DNA of 62,256 nucleotides, the filler included, from Pirum gemmata (Eukaryota), in assembly GCA_002812295.1 (NCBI GenBank). It is 18 parts of 18 records of this genome, joined end to end, with 100 filler letters (N's around TTAATTAATTAA, not from the genome) between each part and the next. Parts side by side here need not be neighbours in the genome. Positions count along the whole stretch, not along the records: positions 23,129 to 26,371 come from PDIN01003101.1; positions 26,472 to 32,317 come from PDIN01003102.1; positions 32,418 to 35,660 come from PDIN01003103.1; positions 35,761 to 39,003 come from PDIN01003104.1; 14 more parts are not named here. One strand, given 5' to 3'. Below are positions 23,182 through 36,141 of the stretch, in pieces. The notes beneath the pieces are model-generated. The model was not told the DNA's origin. It searched no databases and saw only the letters and a program-made list of their open reading frames with translations. Both the position numbers and the translations under genes were made by a program. Each line of letters opens with the position of its first letter. Positions within the stretch are counted from its first letter, which is position 1.

Positions 23182-25888
23182 GAAATACACTCGTTGGGTA
23201 CCTAGTGCTGTGTTTTATTTTGAAGCAGAAACTAAAAGTGAAACCTTTTTAGCACAAAGGCGACGTTGGACGAACGGAACGTTCGCATGTTATTTGTATT
23301 TATTATTTTTACACCCTGGTTTAATTTTTAACGCTCCTAACCATAGCATTCTTTTTAAATTAGTTATGTACTTGCAATTTTTAATCCAGGCCATTTTGTA
23401 TATAATTACCGCTGTCTCACCCTCTATTTTCGCTACGCTAGTTTATTATTCTATTTTAAACTTAGGCGTGTTTAGTGATGAAGTGGGTAGAATTTTGGCT
23501 TTTAGTACTTTAGGAATATTTGCTTTTTTTTATTTAACTTTTACAATAGGGCATTTTTTCATTAAGTTTATTGCTCCTCTTTACCATTTATTATTGGTTT
23601 GGAATACTGCTTCTTTTCTCTTCATCATCGCCATCACGATCACCACTTTTTTAAACACAAGCTTATTCGCCATTATTATATTGGTAATGACGTTATTCAC
23701 CCCTTTCATATTAGCTATTTTACATTCATTGGATGTATTTGCAATGATGTTGTTTAATTTTATTCCATTCTTTTTATTTTTGCCAACTTTTATTCCGTGG
23801 TTTATGACATACTCCTTATCTCGAACCTGGGATTTGTCCTGGGGAAATCGACCTTCCAACGATGGTCATGCCGCAGCTGTAAACCGAAGGTTGAAAATGA
23901 CGTCAGCCATTTTATTGTGTAGTGTGGTTTTGATTAATTTTGGGATTAGCGCTGGTTTTGTTATTTTGAATGATTTAAATACAATCATTTATATTTCTTT
24001 GGGTATTATTAGTATTTCTCTTTTGCAACAGTTTTTGAGTTTGTTTTATTATATTTTTTATACTGATCATATGATGTCTTCCTCGATGGATTCATTGAAA
24101 AAAAGTACGTTGAAAGTTTTGAGTGCAGTTTTATTTTTAGCGACGCTAGGGTTATTGCTTACAGGTATTGTTTATTGTTTATTTTTTTATTATTTTTATT
24201 ATTATTATTATCGATATCATTATCATTATAATTATTATTATAATTATTAATATATATAATTATTAATTATTATTATTAATATCAATTATTAATATTAATA
24301 TTAATATTATCAATTATTGTTAATACTTTACTATTTTTATTACTGCCATTAATACTTTTATCTTTGCCATTACCATTACCATTATTATCATTATCGTTAA
24401 TCTATACTAAAAATTATAATAATTAACTAATTGATCTTCTAAAAATATTTAGGCGTTTTCACAACTTCTTGGCTAACCAACACCTTACCAGTTATTCTTA
24501 GAAGGAATCAATCCGAACTTATAGCTTTTCAATCAATAGAAATAGAACTCAATAACATCATTATCACAAATGACATCATTATCGATAACATGAATGCACT
24601 TAAAATCAACAACAACAACGTTAACAACAACAACGGAAGTACAGTAATGGATATAGTTAGCATTGATTCAACCGAGCTAGTAACCAACATTACAATTCAG
24701 AATATATTTACCTTGGATCCTAATTCTCCCGAAGCCCAAACCGATATAACTCTATGTATACAACAAAACGAAGGCGTAGTTATAGATTATTATGTTAACG
24801 TTACTAGTCTAAATAACACCATCACAAACACCACTTTTGATGCTGATCAACAACCACAAACCCCGTTCACCACCACCACCACCACCACCTTATCCAGTTT
24901 TCGAAATTTAACCATACAATTAAGCTCTGGTAATGTGATAGTTTGTAGTCCGATTCAAGTAAGCAATGCTTTAGCAACCTATAGTGAAGGAGGGGATAAT
25001 GATCAAAATGTTCTGAGCAATGACGTCACCATCACCAATACTACGCAACTCTCAGTTTCAAGCGTTGAAAGATTTAACGCGGGTGAAGTTGATTTGGAAT
25101 TTGGTATCCTATTTATAAGATACCGCTGGCGTACCGTAAACGAAACTTTCGCTGATTCGACCCAAATTTGGGGTTCTAATATCTTATTCGATACCCCCAA
25201 TGCCACGTGGGCTTTCTCTTTAATAGCTTTATTAGCCTCAGTTGTGTTTTTAATATTAAATGTATTATCGATCCTGTATTCATTTTGTGTAAAAGAAAAA
25301 AGTAGAATTTACAGTATTACTGTATTGTACACTTGGATTGGTATGACTGCGCTGTTTATTGCTATTTTATTATTTCCATTTTCTTGGTTAACATTAGAAA
25401 CTTTTAATGTAGGTTGGTGGAATCCGGAGGATGTTAGCAGAGAAATGTGCGGGCCCAACACCGGGTTTTTCAATCCCGGAGATTGCAGGGTAAGTTGGTC
25501 TTATATATTAGTGATTGTTTCGTTCTTTTTAGGGTTATTTAGCTTTAGTACTGTTCGTTTTACTTTAGAAAAGCGTTATTCTCCATTAAAAGATGAAAAA
25601 GACCAAACTATTTTTAATAGACACAGTCATAAGAAAAAACATGAACATAATAACCATAATAATAATAATAATAATAATGACGATATTTTGAATAATGATC
25701 ACTTCTATCCTTCTTTATTGCAAAGAGAGGATAGTTATGGACGTTTGTGGTCTGTAAATAGTACTGTACATGATGATAGTATTAGCACTCATAGTTATGA
25801 AAATAACAATAACACTGAACAACTCCATAGGGAAATTGATATGGAATCAGAATCAGAATTAGAATCAGAAGACAGTAAGGTATTATAA
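23182..25888 (+). CDS. Chitin synthase (3' part) fused to an LHFPL/claudin-like tetraspan domain; exons 23182..24164 and 24453..25888
   Basis: KYTRWVPSAVFYFEAE...LAQRRRWTNG and DLSWGNRP chitin synthase motifs. Phase-1 intron ACAG|GTATTG...ACTAA...TTTAG|GC joins both ORFs in frame. C-terminal LFPFSW...REMCGPNTGFFNPGDCRVSWSYIL. Confidence 0.88.
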
Positions 25889-26471
25889 TGTAGACTGTGT
25901 TTTTGATTGATTTTGGTCATTCTGAATATTTATTTGGCGGGTTATAAATTTTGAATTGTTTTTAAAATGAATAAATAGATAATAAAATATGCCAGATTAA
26001 ATAAAATAGATTTGTATTGTATTATTTTGGAAAACAATATCGTATTATAATGTTCATTTATTTTGGTCATTCTGAATATTTATTTTGTAGGTTATAACCT
26101 TTAAATTGTCATTTTTGAAAATGAATAGATAATAAAATATACCAAAATAAATAAAATAGATTTATGTTATTTTAATTTGGTATAGTGAATAGATTATAAA
26201 ATATACCAAAATAAATAAAATGGATTTATGTTATTTAAATTTGGTACTAAATATGTATAATTTATTTATGATGACAAAACAACTCAAAAGCCACATATAA
26301 CTTTTTTGGAACTACTTTTATTGATTTATAAAAATGATAGGTGATATCTATAAATATACATGAGAATATAANNNNNNNNNNNNNNNNNNNNNNNNNNNNN
26401 NNNNNNNNNNNNNNNTTAATTAATTAANNNNNNNNNNNNNNNNNNNNNNNNNNNNNNNNNNNNNNNNNNNN

Positions 26472-26506
<35 letters not shown>

Positions 26507-26528
26507 AAACACTATAAAATAATAAGAA

Positions 26529-27086
26529 ATGTACTTCAACAACATTGTCTTCTCTGCTGTTTTGGCAACCTACACTTCCAGCGCTGTGGGTGGTTTGGTT
26601 CCCAAATGCCTCGAAGGTTGTTTCCATGGTCATCAGCAAAAACATAACTCGCAAAAAATAATAGACCAAAACTTACAGAACAAAATAAATGAATTTAACC
26701 ATCCTAGTCAATTCATTGTGATGGAAATGGGTGAAGATAAAGTAATCGAACATTTGAATAAGTGGTGTGAAGGCACTACTAAACCGTTTTTGTTTTGTAA
26801 TAAGAACAACGATTTATCAACGAGATTGGATACCTATAACAATGAAATAGAAATTATGAAAATGGTCAACTCTTATAACCAAGAAAATAATATTAATTTC
26901 CAATACACACTAAGAGCCGTAGACATGGCCCTAGAATCTAATTTTCCTACAGTTCTTAATGGCGACGAGTTGGATATTGCACTTATGGTTGAGAGTGTAG
27001 ACATGGCCAGCAAACTACTTTTAAAGAAGCGAGTTATTTTAAAAGGGAAAATATTTCAGTTTGGTAAAGTTATTGGTAGTCTTTAA
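26529..27086 (+). CDS. Hypothetical, probably secreted 185-aa protein
   Basis: ATG-to-stop ORF, non-repetitive, coding-like GC content, hydrophobic N-terminus; no recognised domain. Confidence 0.6.
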   Translation: MYFNNIVFSAVLATYTSSAVGGLVPKCLEGCFHGHQQKHNSQKIIDQNLQNKINEFNHPSQFIVMEMGEDKVIEHLNKWCEGTTKPFLFCNKNNDLSTRLDTYNNEIEIMKMVNSYNQENNINFQYTLRAVDMALESNFPTVLNGDELDIALMVESVDMASKLLLKKRVILKGKIFQFGKVIGSL

Positions 27087-27559
27087 TTGATTAAAAATTG
27101 GTTAATTAATTATGAAATTTTTTAATTATTTTATTTCAGAATATTACTATTTTAATTTAAATTTATATGTAACGTGCGTGAAGACATGCATTGGAAACGC
27201 ATTGGAAAACTTTAATATCTATTTTATTCCTTTTACTAAATAAAAGTGAACATATATTTATAATTCAGAAATACAATAATAAAGTCTCATATTTATAACT
27301 ATTTCAGGAAAATTTTAATGTTAATTAACGTTATGATTGTTTTTGAACAATATAATATAATATATATAAGTTTATCCAACCAAGCCAAAAATCAGAACGT
27401 TCTGTATTTAATTATTTTTTTTCACTAGAGAATTAATACTGGCAAGGATAGCTGTTTTGTTTAATTTTGTGTGTGTGTATGTGGCTATGGCAGTGGGAGT
27501 GAAACTGGAATGACTTAGTCCAAGTTTTTTATACCTTTGCCTCTTTTAATTAAAATTTT

Positions 27560-27613
<54 letters not shown>

Positions 27614-28515
27614 GTTATTGTTAATGTTAATTAATGTTATTGTTATTGTTATTAATATTGTTATTAATATTGTTATTGTTATATATTGTTATAATATATT
27701 GTTATAGTTATTGTTATCGTATATATATTATATTGTTAAGTGCTAAAGAGGGGTTGGTGCACTGGTGGTGCACTAGGGGCTGTGAGGACTGAGGATTGGT
27801 GGACTAGTCAGTGACTACCTACTACTATCATATCCGATAGTATTGTATTGATAACTGTTAGCACTACTGCTACTAAGCTATTTGATCTGATATATGATCT
27901 GATACTGCTACTAGCTAGATAGTATTAAACTGACCCACATTATTAGACTTCTACTAAACCAGTGACTCGGACTGTCGCACTACTGTCGCGCACATTCTGA
28001 TTAGAAATGGCAAGGAGTTTGAACCTAGGAGTTTGAACTCCTTGGAAATAGTCATCAGTCTTTTTTTATTTATTTACCCAAGAACCCCTACAGTCCCCCG
28101 GGCCTATCATTGACACTAACTATCGATAGCTAGCTAGCTAGCTAGCAAGAACCCCTTTCCTAACTAAGGTTCGTTTATTTATCATAATAATATGCAAGGA
28201 CTTCAAAGTCCTTGTAATATGATATATAAAAATTATTTATAAAACGGTGTGTTCACTGTGTTGTGTATCAGATAGAGCCGGGTGCTAAATAAGAACCGGG
28301 TGGGGTCTATTATTAAAAAGTGTCTATGAGTCTATCAGATATCACTGATATTCTAAAATAAATACCGTCTATACTCTATAGACTACTACCCAGGTAGTCT
28401 ACGAAACATAGCTTCTACGTCTACCCATAGTCTCACACCTTGCAAGGCTACTATCAGATATCCCATATCCGATATCCGATAGCTTTGGAACTTGAATCTG
28501 TAAAATTCGAGCAGG

Positions 28516-28862
28516 CAACAAACAACAAATTGACAACAAACAAAAAACAACAAATTGACAGCAAACAACAAACAACAAATTGACAACAAACAACAAACAA
28601 CAAACAACAAACAACGAACAACAAATTGACAACACACAACAGACAACAAATTGACAACAAACAACAAACAACAATAACGCCCACACTGCACCCACACCCA
28701 CACCCACACCCACAACCCACACCCACAACCCACAACCCACACCCACACCCACGCCCACGCCCACACCCACGCCCACGCCCACGCCCACACGCCCACGCCC
28801 ACGCCCACGCCCACGCCCACGCCCACGCCCACGCCCACGCACACCTACCCACACACCCACAC
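28516..28862. repeat. Compound microsatellite (CAAACAA)n + (CCCACA/CCCACG)n
   Basis: Direct reading; explains the overlapping low-complexity ORFs. Confidence 0.95.
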
Positions 28863-31061
28863 ACTGTGTCACTTGCATTATTTACATTTTCATTATACAA
28901 TCCTCTTTTTGTGAATCATTGTTGCGAAATAATACATCTATAGTAATGACTGGCAAGATGTAAAATCATTAATACTAAGTAATCATTAATAAGTTTAAAG
29001 CTGTTTTGTAATAAAAAACATCACTGTATTGTAGCACCCAAGCAATTTCGTGGTTGTTGTTGCTCTCTTCGATACAGGTTTTATTGTTGTTATTGATATG
29101 TCGAAATAAAAATTTCAATGTAGTTTTATGTTTTTATGAGTTAATAATATGATACTCTACTAGGAATCACTTCATTAATTTTTTAATAAATTTCGGTCGA
29201 TTATGTTAAGTGTACATATCAATTGTTACTGAGAAGAGTTTATTTACTTAATTGTTTAATGTTTCTAAGCTAAAGAGAATCTATACCTCAGAAATGATTG
29301 ACATATTTTCTTCGACAAATTAAAATAACATAATAAGTTAGTTCAAATAATTTCAAAGATGCCCTAATCCTAACTTTAACCCTAACCCTGACCTAAGCTT
29401 TAACTCTTAACAATAACCCTAACCCTAACCCGATCAAATTTCAAATAAAAAGTTCATTTGATTTTTAAATTTAATAAACGAAAGTTTGTATAGAATGTGG
29501 TTCAGATTCGAACCGAAGTATCCGGTTAGTATTAATATCTAATGGCAAAAAAACAAGAATAAAGAAAAGAAAGAGTATGGGTTAGGATATAAATTGAATA
29601 ATAAAAATAATAAGAATAACAAGAACAAGAACAAGAACAAGAACAAGAACAAGAACAAGAACAACAAGAACAACAAGAACAAGAACAAGAACAACAAGAA
29701 CAACAACAACAACAACTTCAATAATAACAATAACAATAACAATAACAATAAAAATAACAATAACAATANAGAAGGAAGGTCGGACCTGACGTCACTGGAT
29801 CATATCAATCATATTTATTTTCTACTACTAAGCTACTAGTAGAGAGAGACCAGATGAGACCAGCCAGTAGAATCCCATAGAAGTCCAGGAGAGACTCAGA
29901 GAGCAGAACCAGGCAGATTTGTGGTATTATTAGATGAATTTAGATCCGGGATACTTACTAATTTTGAATCTTTATTGCGCGAATCTTCCAAAAAATTCAA
30001 TTTTTAATTTTTCAGTACTTTTTCAGTTTTGAAGGCCACATTCTTTCGAAGATTTCCTGCTATTTTTAGCTTTTGGCGAATTTGCGCAGGGTTGTCTGTT
30101 TTTCTGTGCTACTATCTATCATGTTTTACCTCTATCATACTATATAAAGGCCTCTATATATAATATGAATCTGTCTATGATATTTAATAGAGCTATCTAG
30201 TTGTGCAATATGCAGACATGCAGTCTATAGATTATTATTGCATGACATTGTGACCAGCTAGCTGATTGTGACCCTTTATTGACTCTTTATTGCAGGTATT
30301 CTATTCTGACTACTAGGGTGTTCTGACTAAAGTAGGGTAGACTATTCTAGCTAGCAGTATTCTAGCTCTAGTCTAGCTAGTAGTGGTATTCTGAAGTGTA
30401 TTATCAATGACGCAATGACAAAATATTATACATGTAGGTACATACATGTATACTAGCTTGTATACTCCTATCTATTCTATCCTCTAGTAGTAATAGTAGT
30501 AGACTCTACTCTACTACTACTATTATCATAGCTACTTAGTATCATATCATAGTACTATCGATATCGATAGTAGTAGTAGTAGTAGACCCAGGTCCAGTAG
30601 CTACTATCATAGCTAGTAGACTAGACTAGCTGAGTTACTCAACTTACTCTTCTCAGAGTCAGAGTTACTCTTCATTAAAATAGTAGCTATTCTCTAGCTA
30701 CTAGCTAGTAGTAGTAGCTAACTAGAGCAAGTAGCTATGAGTTTAGCTATGATAGTTTTTCTGTTTGCAAAAAAAAAAAATTANTGAAGGAAAAAAAATT
30801 TGAAAAAAAATCAAAATAGCTAGCTGCCTTGGAAAAAAAAATAATCGTATGATATGATTTGCAAAAATTTTACATTATAAAAAATATAGTAATATTAATA
30901 ACTATTTTTTTAATAAATGTTATTATTCAAAGTGAGTATATATGATTATGATTTAGTAGTATTTATTTTTCCAATAGCACTTCCAGTACTTCTAGTACTA
31001 GTCTTCTACTGATTATTTTACTCAGAGTCTTTTAGTTACTTATAATGCTAATTAGAATTCA

Positions 31062-32276
31062 TTAAATATCTTCACAGGGTTTTGGACACTTTTTGCTTTT
31101 GAATAAAAAGTCTTGAAACTCCCACATTGATGATTTTCCAGTTAAACCAGATCCCTCATACCATTCTGGGTGGCCATGAATTCCATCTGACATTGCAAAT
31201 GTAATATCTGCAAAACAAGATGGATGATCAGACTCCTTTTTCACTGTTAAACAATCAGGAGAACTAGTAGATGGCTGGGTAATAGGCACAGAGGGTGTTG
31301 CAGTAGTGGGTGGCTCAGCAGTTCCATCTGTTGCGCCATTTTCAAAAATACGAATATAATCAACCTCGAATAACATTTCATTTACATCAGCAGGAGGCTG
31401 TGATCCCCACTCTGCTCCGATGGCCATGTTAACGATAAGGAAAAAGGGATTTTTAGTATCACTGTAACACCAATTAGCATTTGGATGTGGGCATTCTAAA
31501 AGGTCTTTGCCTTGTGGTTTATGATATGTTTCATGGTGGAAACCATCAGAAATAAATTCAATTCTGTCTGGATACCAGTCTATGGTAAATGTTGTCCATT
31601 CTACAACATCCGCAACAGTACCATAATAACTTTTAGCTTGACCTTCGCTACAACAAGGCATGTGAAGTGTTTGGGGTTGTGCTATTTTATTTGGCGTGTT
31701 AGCAAAATCCCAATGATATTCCATGATATCAATCTCACCATTTGCTGGCCAGTTTTTCTCACCCCCATTACCAGCACCTAACATCCATACCGCTGAAAAG
31801 GCACCTTTTATGTCTTTCGTTCTAACTCTGGTTTCGATTCTTCCGTATAGAAACCCATGTTTATGCAAAGTATCAAGGCGAGCAGAAGTCCAACTTCGAT
31901 TTACCCAATCATATGGATTGTTCTCTACTGGATTTCGTTTAGCAACAAGATTTAATACACCATCCTTAACATAATGATATTCACCTTCTTTATTAGCGTA
32001 ATACTGTTTCTCAACATTACTAGGGTTATTTCCTTCGTAAACAGTCCATTTAGTATAATCCATGAAATCAAACTCATCCTGCCATTTTAATTTTTGACAT
32101 TTTGTGTGTAATGAATCACCACGAGAGTAACGGTAATGACTAGGCGCATAACCAGAACAACAAGGATTGTTGTCAGTTGGTGTTTCATTTAAACCAGAAC
32201 ATTGGCTTGCTTGGCCTGCAGTGGTGTGAAGACATAAGAAACCTAAAGATAGCACGGTGAACTGAAAAAATTGCAT
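31062..32276 (-). CDS. Secreted GH16 laminarinase-like beta-1,3-glucanase with a C-terminal Cys module
   Basis: Signal peptide; WQDEFD, TSARL, YGRIE, WPANGEIDIME (ExDxxE catalytic motif), VDYIRIF; P/T linker; C-terminal CFADITFAMSDGIHGHPEWYEGSGLTGKSSMWEFQDFL...CPKPC. Confidence 0.93.
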   Translation of the reverse strand: MQFFQFTVLSLGFLCLHTTAGQASQCSGLNETPTDNNPCCSGYAPSHYRYSRGDSLHTKCQKLKWQDEFDFMDYTKWTVYEGNNPSNVEKQYYANKEGEYHYVKDGVLNLVAKRNPVENNPYDWVNRSWTSARLDTLHKHGFLYGRIETRVRTKDIKGAFSAVWMLGAGNGGEKNWPANGEIDIMEYHWDFANTPNKIAQPQTLHMPCCSEGQAKSYYGTVADVVEWTTFTIDWYPDRIEFISDGFHHETYHKPQGKDLLECPHPNANWCYSDTKNPFFLIVNMAIGAEWGSQPPADVNEMLFEVDYIRIFENGATDGTAEPPTTATPSVPITQPSTSSPDCLTVKKESDHPSCFADITFAMSDGIHGHPEWYEGSGLTGKSSMWEFQDFLFKSKKCPKPCEDI

Positions 32277-32563
32277 TGTTACTAATTTGTAGTATATTGT
32301 TTCTTATTATTATTATTNNNNNNNNNNNNNNNNNNNNNNNNNNNNNNNNNNNNNNNNNNNNTTAATTAATTAANNNNNNNNNNNNNNNNNNNNNNNNNNN
32401 NNNNNNNNNNNNNNNNNAAATATTGTTTCATGACATTATTAGAATCATCCAATACTATGTCTCTATTATTATTATTATTATTGTTGTTATTGTTATTTGG
32501 CTTTGATTTTTTTTAAAAAATAAATTACCACTGTTGTGTAAGTTGCATTTGTTATTTTCTTTT

Positions 32564-35500
32564 TTACTTTGCAGAAGCCACAGCCACAGCATAATCACCA
32601 CTATGACTAATAGAAACACTAACTTCCTTTACACCACTTTTTTCAATCACCAATTTGGCTTCTCCCAAAAACTCAACTTGTGGACTTTTCGAAACGCTGG
32701 CTAAAATTTCAATTTCTTTTAAAGGAGCAGTTGCACCCTTCCAACCGTTTTCCTTGGAAGTATCATAGTTACTCACTGCCTTGATAACAGCTTCCTTAGC
32801 ACACCATTTACCAGTGAAACTAGCTCTTGGATCGGGTTGTGAACGGCAATAATCTATTTCCCGCTGTGTAAAATTCCGTTCAATAAAATTTTCATTGTGG
32901 ACATTGAACTCAGATATGGGTTCAACATCAACCCCAACTCCGTTTCCTTGATGTAAATTTGTAGTTCCGTTCATAGAAGTAGTGAGTACGGCTTGTGACA
33001 AAATTTCTTTGGTATATTTCTCATTCATGCTTATTCCGCCGCATTTATTGTCGAGAGTGGCTCCTTTTTTCAATGATTTTTCATCAAACATCCACGTCTT
33101 CTTTTGATTATGATAACTAGCTCGCGCATTGGGATTCAGATAAACGCTGGCTTCGTTCTTTTCTGAGTAAGGTGGTTCATTTTTAACTCTAACAAAAGTT
33201 GTTTTACCAGACATACTGTCGTGTATATGTCGAAAAGCAGAAACTTCGCGCTTGGTGCGTTTGGCCATGTAATTTTCATATTCTTTTCTACCCAACGCAC
33301 CTAAAACATAGTCCGGATGAATAACAAGGCATTCACCACCGACTTGTCCAAAGCCGAAACTTTTGACCAAACCAGCTTTTATCTTGCATGCTGGTTTAAG
33401 TGTTCTTGAAGGATACAAAATGTTATCAAACTTTTCTAAATCAATGTCAATATTATCAGCGTTGCGATTTCCAGGAATTGTTGTATATTGCATCATTTGA
33501 AAAACGCCATTTAGCATCCAAGCTGCAGCAGCACCTTTAAAAATGAATGAGGATATTCAAAATTAGTAATAACGATTGATGACAATTACAATAAAAAAAA
33601 ACACAGATAATATAATTATAACACCTATAACAAAAAAAANNNNNNNNNNNNNNNNNNNNNNNNNNNNNNNNNNNNNNNNNNNNNNNNNNNNNNNNNNNNN
33701 NNNNNNNNNNNNNNNNNNAAACCCTAAAAACCCTAAAAACCCTAAAAACCAGGAAATAATTAAATTAAATAAAATACTACCTTTGGGATGTCCGGTTAGA
33801 TATTTTTGAAATACACCAGGACAGTAATTGCCCTTTGTTCTACCCAGATGTTTTAGTTGTTGGTTTAGGACATCGGATTCATTTTTATCGTTGGCCTTTG
33901 TTCCAGTACCATGGAAAGAAGCTACGTCAATGTCATCTACAGTCAGACCATAAACACTCAATGCACCTATTATATTCGTAAATTAAGTTAAGTTCTTGTT
34001 TGTTTTACAAAGGCATATCACTAACAAAAGAATTTAAAAGTGGCTTTAATAATAGTAACAAAAACAATGAAAATGAAAAGTTAAAGTGAAAAGTCAAAAT
34101 TATAAAACGCGTTAGCGTTATAAAAGTAACACTCACACTTATATCTAATAAAGTGTTGACTGTTAAAAAAGTATAAGCAGACAGTCAAGCCAAAAAAAAA
34201 AAGAGAGAAAAAAAAAGGGATATTTTTTTCGTCATAATAACTACCTCTTAACGGCGAAATTCTTGAATCTCCTTGGTAAAATTCATTTCCATACAATCGC
34301 ACAGCTGCTTTCATTTGTTTACTTGCTTCTGCTTCAATTTCTTGGCGTTGATCTTGAAAAGAATCAGTATTATCTTCACACTCGCGTTTCAATTCTTCTA
34401 TTTCATTTTCGAGCCAAACCTAGTTAGTATAAATAATGCAGGGTAAACGTTTGGGGTTGAGTATGGGTAAAATGGGAGAGGTTTCCACAAATCTCAACTT
34501 AATGATATAATTACAGTTTTATTGAAATTAGTAGAACAAATAAATAAATGAATAAATAACTAAATGAATAGCGGATAATAGAAACCTTAATTTGGCTTTG
34601 CTTGAATTTAATTTGACGACGTCTGTACTCAAAGTTCAGTAATTTAGGTGCCTTAACAGCTGTTGCATTATATTCTCGGGCAGTAGTAAGGATACCTTGG
34701 CCAGGTGCAGGTATGGAACGGCCTTCTTTGTCAGTGGCCGTATTAGTTAAACCAATAATACCATATATTGGTACGCCCATCTTAATAGCTAAAGCAGCAG
34801 ACATCAAAATTTGATTTCCAGAACCTACAGAGATAAAATTTAAAGGATTACTCATTGTACATTTATGTAAATTTTGAAAATGTCTTACATTGACAAATTA
34901 TGATATAACTTTGAGCATAAACTTGTTATCATAATAACACACTAAACTGACTTGAACTACAAAATTAATAATAAAACACTGCACGTAAGAAACCTATCAA
35001 ATAATAAACACAACACATAAGAAACACATCAAATAATGAGATATAAAACAAAACAACACTCCATAACATAGTTAAGGTGGTCTGTAATTAAATTCAAGCT
35101 TGATTATAAAATATAAAACGAAACTACACTCCATAACATAATTGAAGAATATAAATCCAAACTTGGATTATACCTTGTGCTTCCATGAACCCTCCGCGGG
35201 AGCTAGTCGCTGGTCTGGACATTTCTTTAGGACTTCTACCCATTTTAGTTTCTTCTTCCGAGTTACTAGTAGCACGCATCTGTGCGAATTCGTATGATCC
35301 TTGTTCTTGGAAATCGTCATAACCACCAACAATAACAATTTTAGCTTTCCCAGACAAAATACAATCACAGCCTATTTCTACAGATTCTACAGCAGTGGCA
35401 CAGGCTCCAACTGGCGTTTTAATGGGACCAGAAGAAGATAATAGTAACAAATTAATCCAGGCAGGCATAGTATTAATAAATGATTCTTGTAAAATATCTC

Positions 35501-35572
35501 CTTGGACAGCAGTGGGATCAGTAAAACGATCCTTGTACATTTGAATATTGGCTTTCATGCCTCCAACACCAC
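32564..35572 (-). CDS. FAS2: Fungal-type fatty acid synthase alpha chain, C-terminal KS + PPT; exons 35572-35174, 34824-34586, 34419-34245, 33966-33781, 33534-32564
   Basis: [55 protein letters not shown]...[10 protein letters not shown]...SISHS; all four GT-AG introns preserve the frame. Confidence 0.96.
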
Positions 35573-36030
35573 CTAATAACAATAATAACAGTTGATAATA
35601 ATAATAATTAATATTAATACTCAATAATAATTAATATTAATAATCAATAATAATTATTAANNNNNNNNNNNNNNNNNNNNNNNNNNNNNNNNNNNNNNNN
35701 NNNNTTAATTAATTAANNNNNNNNNNNNNNNNNNNNNNNNNNNNNNNNNNNNNNNNNNNNTATTTAGTTAATTTATGTGTTTATTAATTTTATTATTTAT
35801 TTTTTTATCATTATTAATACTAATAATTGTTATTATTAATAATTGTTATTATTAATTTAATAATTTAATTGGTATGTTTTTATTTATTTATTTTTAAATC
35901 AAATTATGTTTATCTTTAATTTCAAATATAATATAATATTTCTTAATTAAAACACACAGCCATTTTAATTAAAAGGAATTTTACATTAGACAACGAAAAT
36001 AAAAAAGAAAATGTTCACTTTTTTGTTCAG

Positions 36031-36078
<48 letters not shown>

Positions 36079-36141
36079 TAATTAAAAAGAGATATAGAGA
36101 TTGAAAGTTTGTGTGCGTGTGTATGTGAAAAGATAATAAAA

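Noticed and set aside
28386..28943. RG/WA/VG-repeat proteins
   Set aside because: All frames of a hexamer microsatellite.
7052..35572. Cell-wall/metabolic gene cluster (sugar porter, chitin synthase, GH16, FAS)
   Set aside because: The genes lie on separate, artificially concatenated scaffolds.
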